Source: a virus
Direction: 5' to 3' (one strand)
DNA: 64,000 bases
Virus record (IMG/VR): IMGVR_UViG_3300032053_000013
Location: 1 to 64,000 of that record
Shown here: one piece after another, positions 7,865 through 17,137 of the stretch
How positions within the stretch are numbered: position 1 is the stretch's first letter
How the letters are laid out: every line of letters begins with the position of its first letter
Translations under genes and position numbers: made by a program
The notes under the pieces: model-generated
Databases searched by the model: none
Told to the model about the DNA's origin: nothing
The model's input: only the letters and a program-made list of their open reading frames with translations

Positions 7865-8381
7865 CTCCCTCTCCCCGGCGGACTGGAACCCGAGGGAGAT
7901 AGACGACGCGTCCCTCGACGGGCTGGAGAGGTGCATCCTCAGGTACGGGCTCGTCCAGCCGATCGTGTGGAACGAGAGGTCCGGGAGGGTCGTCGGGGGC
8001 CACCAGCGGCTGAAGGTGCTGAGGAGGAACGGGGAGGACAGGACACAGGTCGTGGTCGTGGACCTGTCCGACGACGAGGAGAAGGCCCTGTCCGTCTCGC
8101 TGAACAACGAGATGATCCAGGGCCGGTGGACGGACGGGCTCCAGTCGCTGATCGCGAGCATCCGGGACGGGTCCGCGGTGGAGGGGCTGATGACGGACGA
8201 GCTCGTCGAGTCCCTCGCGGGGTCGGGGGCCGGGGAGGTCGGGCCCCTCGACGCGTCGAGGCCGCCGAGGATGGTGTGGACCGTCGTCGGGGTGCCGGAG
8301 GGCAGGGAGGGGGAGGCGGCGCCGTACGTCGAGGCGATAGCGAGGATCGAGGGGGCCTTCGTGGAGACGGCGAGGCGATGA
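7821..8381 (+). CDS. ParB/Srx N-terminal (ParBc) domain protein
   Basis: LSPADWNPREI...GLVQPIVWN...VVGGHQRLKVL...EEKALSVSLNN. Confidence 0.85.
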   Translation: MAGLGKFRIEERSLDSLSPADWNPREIDDASLDGLERCILRYGLVQPIVWNERSGRVVGGHQRLKVLRRNGEDRTQVVVVDLSDDEEKALSVSLNNEMIQGRWTDGLQSLIASIRDGSAVEGLMTDELVESLAGSGAGEVGPLDASRPPRMVWTVVGVPEGREGEAAPYVEAIARIEGAFVETARR

Positions 8382-9007
8382 CCGCGTGGGACGCCCAGGT
8401 CGAGGTCCGGCGGAGCCTCTTCGGCCGCCACCACGGGTTCGGGCACGTCGTCGTCGTGGACCTGGCCGGGAACTGGCCCGTGTGGGAGAGGCTGTGCGGG
8501 CCGAGGATGAGGTACGTCGGGTACACGGGAGACGACCCGTCCGGGGCCGCGGGGGCGATCCTGGCGGCCGAGAGGGACGTGGACGTCGTGGACGTCGGGG
8601 GGCGCGACCCGTGGGGCCTGTACGCCGACGTCCTCTCCGGGTTCCGGGGGAGGGCGGTGACGGTCTTCATGTCCGTCCCGTCGTCGGCCCTGCGGCTCGA
8701 CGGGGGGATGCCGAGGTACGTCTGGGAGAGGGCGGGGGTCCCGTTCGACTGGGGGAGGTGGAACGGCCCGGCCTTCGACGCGCTCGTCCTGCGCGCCGGG
8801 CTGTCCTACGCCTGGGACCGGGGGTTCTCCGTGGAGGAGGCGGTGGCGGTTAGGTTCTTGGGCAAACCGTTCCCCTGGCGTTACAATCATGTGGGATTGC
8901 GGCTTCGTTCAGAGTGGGGTGAGAATGACGGACAAGGAGACGGCGGTCCTGGAGTTCAAGGCCAGGGAGCAGACGCGGGCGGAGAACCTCCACCCGCTCG
9001 TCCGTGA
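8378..9007 (+). CDS. Hypothetical protein, possibly a degenerate methyltransferase fold
   Basis: ATGA-coupled to ParB gene; VVVVDLAGNWPVW and VDVVDVGGRDPW loosely recall MTase motifs I and IV. Confidence 0.5.
   Translation: MTAWDAQVEVRRSLFGRHHGFGHVVVVDLAGNWPVWERLCGPRMRYVGYTGDDPSGAAGAILAAERDVDVVDVGGRDPWGLYADVLSGFRGRAVTVFMSVPSSALRLDGGMPRYVWERAGVPFDWGRWNGPAFDALVLRAGLSYAWDRGFSVEEAVAVRFLGKPFPWRYNHVGLRLRSEWGENDGQGDGGPGVQGQGADAGGEPPPARP
8858..8887 (+). promoter_or_regulatory. Putative promoter embedded in CDS upstream of the terminase operon
   Basis: TTGGGC-N18-TACAAT in an AT-rich patch. Confidence 0.45.
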
Positions 9008-9341
9008 CCCGGTGCTCCGAAATCTCGTGACGGCGTGGTCCATGTTCCCCGTGGCCTTCGGGGACCCGGCCGGGGCGATGCCGGGGGACGAGAAGGCCCG
9101 GTGGAAGTGGCTCTGGTCGAACGTCCGCTTCGACTCCGAGGACCTCGCCGACATCCTGCGGATCGACTCCCTCAAGGTCGGCAAGCTCGTCAACAGGGCG
9201 GCGGCCTTCCGGCTGATCTACCCCGACGGGACGTCCAGCGCCCTCGCCCTCCAGTTCGTCAGGAACGAGATCCAGAAGGCCGTCTCGAAGAGGGCCGGGC
9301 GGCCGAGGAACGAGGAGGCCGAGGACAGGAAGGAGAAGTGA
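8925..9341 (+). CDS. Hypothetical protein
   Basis: ORF directly before terS, typical codon usage. Confidence 0.7.
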   Translation: MTDKETAVLEFKAREQTRAENLHPLVRDPVLRNLVTAWSMFPVAFGDPAGAMPGDEKARWKWLWSNVRFDSEDLADILRIDSLKVGKLVNRAAAFRLIYPDGTSSALALQFVRNEIQKAVSKRAGRPRNEEAEDRKEK

Positions 9342-9342
9342 G

Positions 9343-9846
9343 ATGTACGCGACGAAGCCGTCGACGCAGGAGACCTACGAGCGGAGGATCAAGGTCTTCC
9401 GCATGAAGATGCGGGGCCTGAACCACACCGCGATCGCGAGGGAGCTGAACGTCACCCGCAACGCGATCGTCCGGGACTCGAAGTGGATCAAGGAGCACTT
9501 CACCCAGCTCGCGGCCCAGGCCGACCGCAACACCGAGATGGGGGAGGCGATGGCCCACCTGGAGGAGATCGAGAAGGAGGCCATGTTCAACTACTCCGAG
9601 ACGGAGAACCCGAAGGCGAAGAACGACTTCCTCCTCACCGCCATCACGGCCTGCGAGAAGAGGGTCAAGCTGATGATGGACGCTGGGATCATCTCGAAGG
9701 CGCCGGTGGACCTGAACCTGACGGTCGACCTGTCGAGGATGTCGACGGAGGAGCTCATCCAGCGCAGGCGGGATGTCGTGAACCGCCTCACGCAGGTCGG
9801 CGCGGCGTCCGCCATGGGGGTGACGGGTGAGCCGAACCAAAACTAA
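9343..9846 (+). CDS. terS: Terminase small subunit (HTH)
   Basis: N-terminal HTH RGLNHTAIARELNVTRNAIVRD, coiled body, directly upstream of terL. Confidence 0.75.
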   Translation: MYATKPSTQETYERRIKVFRMKMRGLNHTAIARELNVTRNAIVRDSKWIKEHFTQLAAQADRNTEMGEAMAHLEEIEKEAMFNYSETENPKAKNDFLLTAITACEKRVKLMMDAGIISKAPVDLNLTVDLSRMSTEELIQRRRDVVNRLTQVGAASAMGVTGEPNQN

Positions 9847-12800
9847 GGCGCCGCAGCTGGACATGGCGGCGATGCGGAACGACCTCACCTACCTCGCCCG
9901 CATCGACGCGGAGCTCGACGGGAGGGCCAAGTCCCAGGACCCGAGGTCGTACGGGCTCCCGGACCTCCTGCGCCCCGCGGCCGAGGGGGAGACGGAGGCC
10001 CAGCTCGCCGAGAGGCAGGACCGGGAGATCCGGGACCTGATCGAGAAGAAGCTATGGGTCCTGAAGGACGCGAGGCGGCTCGCGATCAAGCTCTCGCCCC
10101 CGATGGTGGAGTTCATCTCCACGATGTTCTACCGGAGGGCGAACCAGGCGATCCTGTGGAAGGGGCGCGGGTCGGGCGGGACGCTGTGCGCGGCCATCCT
10201 CGTTTGGCTCTGCCTCGTCTACCACCGGATGTCGTTCACCAGCATGGCCGGATCCACTGAACAAGCTAAGCTGATCTACCAGTACACGAAGTCCTTCTGG
10301 GAGTGCTTCCCGGTCCTGTCGGCGTCCCTCCTCGAGGTGGAGCCGCTCATGACCGAGACGCGGCTGAAGAACGGGGTGCTGCTGAAGATCATCTCCGCGT
10401 CGGAGAAGCAGACCCGAGGCAAGCACAACCCTGGGTTCATCGTCGACGAGTCCTGCCAGTCCAGCCAGAACGTCGACTACCTCATCCAGACCGCCATGCA
10501 GGGCGCGATGTCCGAGCCCAACTCGATGGTGGTCGTCCTCTCCACCTTCCACTACCCGATCGGCCTGTTCCAGGAGATCTGGGACTACGCGGAGGAGCGC
10601 GGGTTCAGGCGGTTCAACTGGAACTGCTACGACTCCATGGCGCCATGCTCCGAGGGGATCGTGACGGCGACGCCGGGGGACCCGGAGGCCCTGGAGTTCT
10701 GCCGGACGCAGTGCCCGCTCACCGAGAAGAGGCCGAGCCTCGACCCCGAGGGGAACCAGGTCGGGTGGAGGTACGCCGGGTGCGACGGGAAGGGGAGGCA
10801 CACGCGGGGGTTCCAGAAGAGGGAGAACCTGATCCTCGCGAAGAAGATGAATCGGGGGACGGACGTCTTCGAGAACGAGTACGAGAACAACCGGCCCAAG
10901 TGGATGCGCCCGATCTACGACCCGACCCTCGTCGACGGGATCCTCGTCCCGGAGTCGTGGCCGGTCGTCGCCCCGGTCGACGCGGAGGACCCGGAGGCCG
11001 TGGCGGAGAGCCTGTCCGGGGACAGGAGGTACGAGATCGCGGAGAAGTCCGTGGGGATCGACTGGGGGCTGGAGGGGCAGACGGCCCTCGTCCTGTCGGT
11101 CCTCGTGCGGTTCACGAGGCCGCCGTCGGACCCGAAGAAGGGGCTGCCGGACGGGCCGCCGGTCGACTGGTGCATCGGGGTCCTGGAGTCCGAGTTCCTG
11201 TCGGGCAAGCTCACGTCCGAGGCCATCAAGGTCCTCATGATGTGGCAGGAGATGTACGGGGACAAGGACTTCTTCGTCTACGGCGACGCGAGCCACCCGT
11301 TCAACAACCTGGAGGTGGACCAGGCCGGGTTCAACCTCATGAACGTGCAGTTCGCCAAGTGGAAGGACTACGGGGTGGGGAACTGCGTGAAGTACCTCGT
11401 GACCCCCGGCAAGCTGTTCATCCGGGAGAACCTCCACACGCTCCTGGACCAGATCAAGCGGTACCGCCGGGACAAGTACGGGAAGCCGATCAAGAAGGAC
11501 GACCACGGGCCTGACGCCTTCATGTCCTATCTCGATGCCAAGACGAGAGTTATGACACGCTCGGGGTGGGCACCGGTGGGAAGGCTGGGTGTCGGGGTTG
11601 AAGTTCTGACGCATGCCGGAAGATTTCGTCCGATCGTCAAGTACGAGCCCGCTCTCTACACGAAAGGGAGATGCGTGGAGGTGAACTTCGCCGGGCGAAC
11701 GCATCCTGTTGATGCGCATCGTGTCACCCTTGAGCATCCTTTCCAGATTGAGGATGGTTCATGGGTCGAGGCCGAGAACCTGAAGCCGGGGATGAGGGTC
11801 CAGTGCCTGGCCTCTCGATGCGTCAGGTGCGGGATGAAGATCCTCTGGTCGCGCAAGTTTTGTGACGGGTGCGTCGGGAAGGGGCGAAACGCGAGATGGA
11901 AAAACCCTGGGGAGCGCGAGCGGGTAGAGGCCGAGGGGAAGGCGGAGGTTCTCCGGTCAGAATACGTGACGGGGGTGCGAGACGCTACCACGAACGCAAG
12001 GGCGGCGACAGCGGCTCGTGCCGACATGATCAGGTCGAATCCTGGGGAGAGGGAGAAGGTAAGAGAGCATCTGAGGACAATTCTTCCGTTGGTGAACACG
12101 CCCGAGAAGAGGGGGCGGCAGTCACGTCTGATGAAGATGCTCCACGCACGGGAAGGATTCTTCGATCATCTTCGCACCCCGGAAGGGAGGGAGAGGGCTC
12201 GTCGGCAGGTTATCGCACGGATGATTGCCGATCGTCAGGTCCCCTTCAACTGCCGTTTGAGGCACTTCACCGACATCGAGCGGGAGATGTTCGACTCGTT
12301 CGTGGGGGCGGGATTCGAGCCGGTTCATAATCTTCGGGTTGGACGATGGTTCCTTGATATCGCTCTCCCGGAGTTGATGGTCGCGGTGGAGTGCGACGGG
12401 GGGAACTGGCACAACTCGAAGGAGGCGCGGGAGAGGGACGCCAAGAAGGACGCCTACTTGAGGGGACACGGATGGGAGGTGTTCCGGTTTTCAGGGAAAC
12501 GGATCAAGGACGGCGTAGATGGGTGCCGGGACGAGGTTCTGCGGGTTGTGGCCAACCACGAGGGTCTCTACGAGTTCACCTCGATCGAGGTCGTCTCGGT
12601 GAAGATCGTCGAGATGAAGCGGCCACGGACGGCGTACCACTTCGAGGTGGAGGAGGACAGGAGCTACGTCGCCAGGGGAATCGTGTCCCACAACTGCTCG
12701 ATGCTCCACTACCGGTTCGAGGAGCGGTTTCACGGGGAGGATGCGGGTATCGCGTCGCCGGAGGCTGGCAGGCCGAGGGCGGCCAGGCAGCCCGCCGCCC

Positions 12801-13000
12801 CGCCGGAGGCGCCGCCGCCGTCCGTGGCGTTCGGCGTGTCGCCCCCGGTGAGGTCGCCCGAGTTCGGGGGCGACGCCTTCATGCAGCCGGTCGTCGGGGG
12901 CGGCCTGGTGATGCCGCTGTCGGTCAACCAGGAGCGGTCGCCTATTGACAATGCGGGGAGGTCGAGGAAGACTGGTGGTAAGGGCGTCATCGTCTTCTGA
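9827..13000 (+). CDS. terL: Terminase large subunit with intein in the nuclease domain
   Basis: Walker A variant KGRGSGGT, Walker B FIVDE, coupling motif VLSTF, nuclease GIDWG and KKDDHGPDA. Confidence 0.9.
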   Translation: MSRTKTKAPQLDMAAMRNDLTYLARIDAELDGRAKSQDPRSYGLPDLLRPAAEGETEAQLAERQDREIRDLIEKKLWVLKDARRLAIKLSPPMVEFISTMFYRRANQAILWKGRGSGGTLCAAILVWLCLVYHRMSFTSMAGSTEQAKLIYQYTKSFWECFPVLSASLLEVEPLMTETRLKNGVLLKIISASEKQTRGKHNPGFIVDESCQSSQNVDYLIQTAMQGAMSEPNSMVVVLSTFHYPIGLFQEIWDYAEERGFRRFNWNCYDSMAPCSEGIVTATPGDPEALEFCRTQCPLTEKRPSLDPEGNQVGWRYAGCDGKGRHTRGFQKRENLILAKKMNRGTDVFENEYENNRPKWMRPIYDPTLVDGILVPESWPVVAPVDAEDPEAVAESLSGDRRYEIAEKSVGIDWGLEGQTALVLSVLVRFTRPPSDPKKGLPDGPPVDWCIGVLESEFLSGKLTSEAIKVLMMWQEMYGDKDFFVYGDASHPFNNLEVDQAGFNLMNVQFAKWKDYGVGNCVKYLVTPGKLFIRENLHTLLDQIKRYRRDKYGKPIKKDDHGPDAFMSYLDAKTRVMTRSGWAPVGRLGVGVEVLTHAGRFRPIVKYEPALYTKGRCVEVNFAGRTHPVDAHRVTLEHPFQIEDGSWVEAENLKPGMRVQCLASRCVRCGMKILWSRKFCDGCVGKGRNARWKNPGERERVEAEGKAEVLRSEYVTGVRDATTNARAATAARADMIRSNPGEREKVREHLRTILPLVNTPEKRGRQSRLMKMLHAREGFFDHLRTPEGRERARRQVIARMIADRQVPFNCRLRHFTDIEREMFDSFVGAGFEPVHNLRVGRWFLDIALPELMVAVECDGGNWHNSKEARERDAKKDAYLRGHGWEVFRFSGKRIKDGVDGCRDEVLRVVANHEGLYEFTSIEVVSVKIVEMKRPRTAYHFEVEEDRSYVARGIVSHNCSMLHYRFEERFHGEDAGIASPEAGRPRAARQPAAPPEAPPPSVAFGVSPPVRSPEFGGDAFMQPVVGGGLVMPLSVNQERSPIDNAGRSRKTGGKGVIVF
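11525..12694 (+). mobile_element. Intein of about 390 aa with DUF559/Vsr-like (PD-(D/E)XK) endonuclease
   Basis: Block A (S)YLDAKTRVMTRSG, block B VTLEHPF, block F/G YHFEVEEDRSYVARGIVSHN followed by Cys+1; internal RWFLDIA...VAVECDGGNWH...RDAKKDAYL...GWEVFRF. Confidence 0.9.
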
Positions 13001-13012
13001 AGGAGACCCGAG

Positions 13013-13312
13013 ATGAAGAACGTCTACGTGTCGTTCCCGCAGGTCGGCGTCCCCGGGTCCGAGGCCGAGTTCCTCCAGCCGATCGCCGAGGAGCTGAGCG
13101 CGGCCCTCCAGGGCCCGAAGCCCTTCTCCATGTTCTACCGCGACCAGGTCGGCGCGGTGCGCGCCCTCATCGAGGACGTGGACGACTCCAACGCCGCGGC
13201 CCTCGCGGTCGCCACCGGGGTCTCCTCCGTCACGAGGGGGACCGCCTTCAAGGCCGTCGAGATCGACTCGGCGGGGACGAGGACGGAGCTCGCAGACCCC
13301 GTCATCGTGTAG
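13013..13312 (+). CDS. Hypothetical virion-associated protein
   Basis: AAGGAG RBS, follows terL. Confidence 0.75.
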   Translation: MKNVYVSFPQVGVPGSEAEFLQPIAEELSAALQGPKPFSMFYRDQVGAVRALIEDVDDSNAAALAVATGVSSVTRGTAFKAVEIDSAGTRTELADPVIV

Positions 13313-13326
13313 GGACGGCGGTCGAG

Positions 13327-14055
13327 ATGGTCGTTTCCCGACAGGAGGTCCGCATGGCTCCATCGAGGGGCGGGGACGGGCTGTCCGTCCTGAAGTCTGC
13401 CACCGGCGGCCTGCTCAAGTTCAACCCCCACCACGACGCCCACGGCAGGTTCTCCGAGGCCGAGGAAGCCGTCATCAGCACCATGGCGAACGTCCCCGAG
13501 GACGACCTCCGGCAGAGGGACGAGGACTTCATCCACCAGGCCGAGAAGGTCGGGCTCGTCGGGAAGCGCGGCTACTTCCTCAACTACGTCCCCAAGGCCA
13601 ACTGGACGGGGGAGGAGCCGAAGGAGTGGTCGGAGATGAACCGCGAGATCGGGACCCTCGAGGGGAGGGCCAACGCCAACGTCAAGAAGTCCGAGAACAA
13701 GGACTTCTCCCGCGCGGACCAGGTGTTCTTCCTCTCCAGGGCGGCCGTCCACCGCGCCGCCGCCATCCAGATCGCGAAGAGGCGGGACAAGGTCTGGTCC
13801 AAGGCGCCCGCCGCGGAGCCCGCCGCCCCAGCCCCCGCGGCGCCCGAGAAGGACATGGGGGCCAAGGTCAAGATCCCCCGCGCCCTGGCCGAGGAGATGG
13901 CGAGCGCCACGGAGGCGTTCGGCTGGAGCGAGGAGGAGGAGTACAAGCTCGACCCGAAGAAGGTCAAGCAGTTCAAGGTCGGGGCCGTCCGCGACGCGGC
14001 GGCCGCGGGCCTCATCACGCAGGAAGAGGCGGGCGATATCATCGCCGGCCTGTGA
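13327..14055 (+). CDS. Putative head-cargo protein with VLKS and KFNPHHDAHGRF motifs
   Basis: Motifs seen in translation; location between terL and portal. Confidence 0.7.
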   Translation: MVVSRQEVRMAPSRGGDGLSVLKSATGGLLKFNPHHDAHGRFSEAEEAVISTMANVPEDDLRQRDEDFIHQAEKVGLVGKRGYFLNYVPKANWTGEEPKEWSEMNREIGTLEGRANANVKKSENKDFSRADQVFFLSRAAVHRAAAIQIAKRRDKVWSKAPAAEPAAPAPAAPEKDMGAKVKIPRALAEEMASATEAFGWSEEEEYKLDPKKVKQFKVGAVRDAAAAGLITQEEAGDIIAGL

Positions 14056-14066
14056 GGAGCCACTCC

Positions 14067-15299
14067 ATGGACAAGAACCCCTGGACCGGCCGACTCGCGG
14101 TCGAGGTGACCGGGAAGATGGGCGGGTGCTGCGTCGGGACGATCGTCAAGTGGCGCCCCCAGAACATCGGCGAGAAGAGGACCTGCTCCTACTGCGAGTC
14201 CTACCTCAAGACGATCCGGGCGGGAGAGGTCCTGTCCCCCGTCTTCACGGGAGGGATCCTGGAGCACCACCGCGAGGTGGCGGAGCCGGAGCTGACCATC
14301 GGGGGGCTCTACTTCGCCTCCGGCAGGTTCGCCTCCGAGGAGGCCGTGAGGAAGTGGATGGCCGACCGGGACATGGCAGGGGACGTCGCCAAGGTGGATG
14401 AGCACGCCTTCTACCTCCCCGTCGACGGCTCCCTCATGGCCGACTCCGTGCGGCTGGTCTGGGTCGCCCCCGGGGTCGTGGGCGAGATCGGGGTGTCGGA
14501 GAAGCAGGTCGCCGTTGGCGGCGGCCAGGCGTCCATGTCCTCCCCCGGGATCACGACCACGTCCATCGCGTCGGGAGGGGACCTCTTCCCGGCGCAGGGG
14601 CCCGCGGCCTCCGCGGCCGTGGTAGAGGGGGTGCCCTCCCTCATCCAGGGGATCACCGACGCGCAGGACGGGCACCAGCACGAGTACTTCCTGACGCCCG
14701 TGCCCGAGGTGGCCGGGTGGCGGGTCAAGTCCTTCACCTCCTTCAACAACGGGCACGCCCACATGATCGAGTGCGCCGTCGGGTCGGGCGGGGAGATCGA
14801 CACCAGGACTGCCCCGGACCAGACACCGGTCGGGGGGCACGCGCACTCGCACCGGGTGGCGTGGCCGATCGGGAAGTCCGACGGGGGGGAGCCCGAGGGG
14901 CAGGACGCCGACTTCGTCCACAAGACCATGGGGGCCGTCGACGGCTTCTGCAAGGACGTGCTCGGCGGCGGGGCCATGCAGGCGATGAGCGACTTCAGGG
15001 CCAAGATGGACGGGGCGATCGAGCGCGCGAGGGGCGCGTCCCCCGGAGTCGCGCCGAGCGGGGAGGTCATCGACGCGGTCTCCGACGCGGCCGGGATGGG
15101 GAACCCCGGGAACGTCGAGTCCCTGGTCGAGTGGGTGGGGGAGAAGGGGTTCGACGGGTGCGTCGCGGCCATCAAGGGGAGCAGGCGCGCGAGCGAGGAG
15201 GTCGACGACCCCGTGAAGGTCTGCGGCTGGCTCAAGGGCCAGGCCAAGAAGAAGGGGAAGCTGGCCCCCGAGCACGCGTACGGGAAGAAGAAGGAGTGA
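14067..15299 (+). CDS. Hypothetical head-associated protein with GHxH repeats
   Basis: GAGGAG RBS; DGHQHEY, NGHAHMI, GGHAHSH; C-terminal FDGCVAA...DDPVKVCGWL module. Confidence 0.75.
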   Translation: MDKNPWTGRLAVEVTGKMGGCCVGTIVKWRPQNIGEKRTCSYCESYLKTIRAGEVLSPVFTGGILEHHREVAEPELTIGGLYFASGRFASEEAVRKWMADRDMAGDVAKVDEHAFYLPVDGSLMADSVRLVWVAPGVVGEIGVSEKQVAVGGGQASMSSPGITTTSIASGGDLFPAQGPAASAAVVEGVPSLIQGITDAQDGHQHEYFLTPVPEVAGWRVKSFTSFNNGHAHMIECAVGSGGEIDTRTAPDQTPVGGHAHSHRVAWPIGKSDGGEPEGQDADFVHKTMGAVDGFCKDVLGGGAMQAMSDFRAKMDGAIERARGASPGVAPSGEVIDAVSDAAGMGNPGNVESLVEWVGEKGFDGCVAAIKGSRRASEEVDDPVKVCGWLKGQAKKKGKLAPEHAYGKKKE

Positions 15300-15303
15300 C
15301 CAG

Positions 15304-16656
15304 ATGAACGAGGGACGCGACGTCTGGAGCGGCGGGAACATGTCGGAGAAGGGCGTCCAGGTCAACAAGTCCCTCCGCAGGGGCCTGGACATCCACCGCG
15401 GCTTCGAGCTCTTCCCGAAGAAGGTGAGGGCGTCCGAGGTCGACGGGGACCTGGCGGCGATCGGGGAGGCGCAGGAGTACGTCGACAAGGAGCGCAGGCT
15501 CCGCGCCGTCGGCGGCCCCTTCGCGTCCGGCGAGGCCGTCGAGAAGTCCATCGACCTCGACAAGGAAGGCAAGTTCCGCGAGGAGCTGCACCCCAGGCGC
15601 TCGGGAAAGTTCGCTCCGAAGGGGTCCGCATCCGTTGGCGCGAAGAAGCCGGAGGCGAAGAAGGTCGGGCACATGGGCATCCAGGACCCGAACTCCTCCG
15701 GGCAGGGATTCCACCCCGACCACGACAAGCACCCGTACCACCAGGCGCTCACCGACGCGGGGTTCAAGTACTCGCATTCGGTGACCGTGGTGCATCCGGG
15801 CGGGGACAGGGTTCTCCACCACGCCTACGGGGGCCCAGGCGACCTCGACGTCGGCGTCCACCAGGCTCTCGACGGCGGGAACTGGATGTGGGAGGGGGAG
15901 AAGGGCGGATCTGGCCGGATGACGAACGGCGGGGACGCCGAGTCCCTCGGGGAGTACCTCAAGCGCGGCAAGAGGTCGGTCGGGAAGGGCGTCGACGGGG
16001 GGGAGCCCTTCGGCAAGGAATGGTTGGCCGGGGTCGTCGGGGACATCGAGAAGGCCGCCAGCCCTTTCGTCGTTAGCCCCTCCGAGGGACCGGGACGGGA
16101 GGGGCGCGTCTCCAAGGACGAGATCGAGAAGGTCCTGAAGGACGCGGGGTGGGACAAGCTCCCGATCCCCGACAAGGCGAAGGAGGCCCTGGAGGACCTG
16201 ATCTCCAACGGGGCGAGGCCCGCCTCGGAGTACACTGGGAAGATCATGGTCGAGCACGGCGTCGCCGAGGAGCCGCCCTCGTTCGTCAGGCCGAAGAAGA
16301 TCAGCGTCGGGGACACCGTGATCCCCCTCGACTGGCGCGGGGTGTGCCTCCAGGGCGCGAAGTTCGACATGCCCTACGTGCCGAAAGCCGCCAAGGTCAA
16401 GAAGGTCTACATGGGGCCCGTGAAGGTGTCGAAGAACCCCTACCCGTTCGGCAGGATGCCGTCCGACATATCCAAGGTCGAGACGGTCACCGAGGACCGG
16501 ATGTGGGGCCTGGACCTGGAGGGCGACGAGGTGGGGAAGGACGACGACACTTTTCCCTCCACGTTCCCGACGCGGGACACTACAATGGTACTTCGGATGG
16601 AGGCGCTGGCCTCCCCGGGTGGGGAAGTCAATCCGGGAGAGATGCAGCCCCGTTGA
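15304..16656 (+). CDS. Putative head-cargo protein with several K-S/K-A sites and an HPRRSGKF motif
   Basis: AAGGAG RBS; VNKS, VEKS, IEKA, HPRRSGKFAPKG. Confidence 0.7.
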   Translation: MNEGRDVWSGGNMSEKGVQVNKSLRRGLDIHRGFELFPKKVRASEVDGDLAAIGEAQEYVDKERRLRAVGGPFASGEAVEKSIDLDKEGKFREELHPRRSGKFAPKGSASVGAKKPEAKKVGHMGIQDPNSSGQGFHPDHDKHPYHQALTDAGFKYSHSVTVVHPGGDRVLHHAYGGPGDLDVGVHQALDGGNWMWEGEKGGSGRMTNGGDAESLGEYLKRGKRSVGKGVDGGEPFGKEWLAGVVGDIEKAASPFVVSPSEGPGREGRVSKDEIEKVLKDAGWDKLPIPDKAKEALEDLISNGARPASEYTGKIMVEHGVAEEPPSFVRPKKISVGDTVIPLDWRGVCLQGAKFDMPYVPKAAKVKKVYMGPVKVSKNPYPFGRMPSDISKVETVTEDRMWGLDLEGDEVGKDDDTFPSTFPTRDTTMVLRMEALASPGGEVNPGEMQPR

Positions 16657-16657
16657 C

Positions 16658-16674
16658 GCGCATACGGTATGCGC
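16658..16674. promoter_or_regulatory. 17-bp palindrome GCGCATACGGTATGCGC, copy 1
   Basis: Perfect 8-1-8 inverted repeat between a stop codon and the next RBS; identical copy at 46740. Confidence 0.75.
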
Positions 16675-16689
16675 ATTTCGGAGGGACCC

Positions 16690-17109
16690 ATGAGCCTGAG
16701 CAGCTACGCGAGATCGGGGGCCGGGAAGGTGTCCAAGTCCCAGAGGGCGCGGGAGGGGGACGTCAACAAGCAGTTCACCCCGACCGGGCAGCCCCGCGTC
16801 CCGTCCAACATCCCCGGGTCCGGGCCGCAGGGCGTGCCCCCGGCGGAGCGGGACCAGATGGCCGCCTTCGCCAGGACCGGGAACGCGGACATGATCCCGA
16901 AGGTGGTCGCCGCCCAGACGGGCGAGGCCACCCACGGGCCCGCGCTGGCCGCCTCGCTCGCCAGGATGGGCGGGCAGGTCCGGCTGGCCCCCGGGCAGTT
17001 CCGCGCCTGGGCGCACCCGCAGGACCCGGCGCCGACGGCCTCGGACCAGGTCACGAGCAACCCGAAGAAGCCGGGATCGCTGCCGCCTCCGGCCCCGCCG
17101 GTGTACTAA
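16690..17109 (+). CDS. Pro/Ala/Gly-rich hypothetical protein
   Basis: GGAGGG RBS before ATG 16690. Confidence 0.7.
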   Translation: MSLSSYARSGAGKVSKSQRAREGDVNKQFTPTGQPRVPSNIPGSGPQGVPPAERDQMAAFARTGNADMIPKVVAAQTGEATHGPALAASLARMGGQVRLAPGQFRAWAHPQDPAPTASDQVTSNPKKPGSLPPPAPPVY

Positions 17110-17137
17110 CCGGGGGGACGGTTCGGAGGGAAGCGCG

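Noticed and set aside
12945-12980. Perfect TTGACA near the terL end
   Set aside because: No TAnnnT at 16-18 bp spacing.
16653-16681. TTGACG before the palindrome as a -35 box
   Set aside because: It is formed by the stop codon context and no -10 lies at proper spacing.
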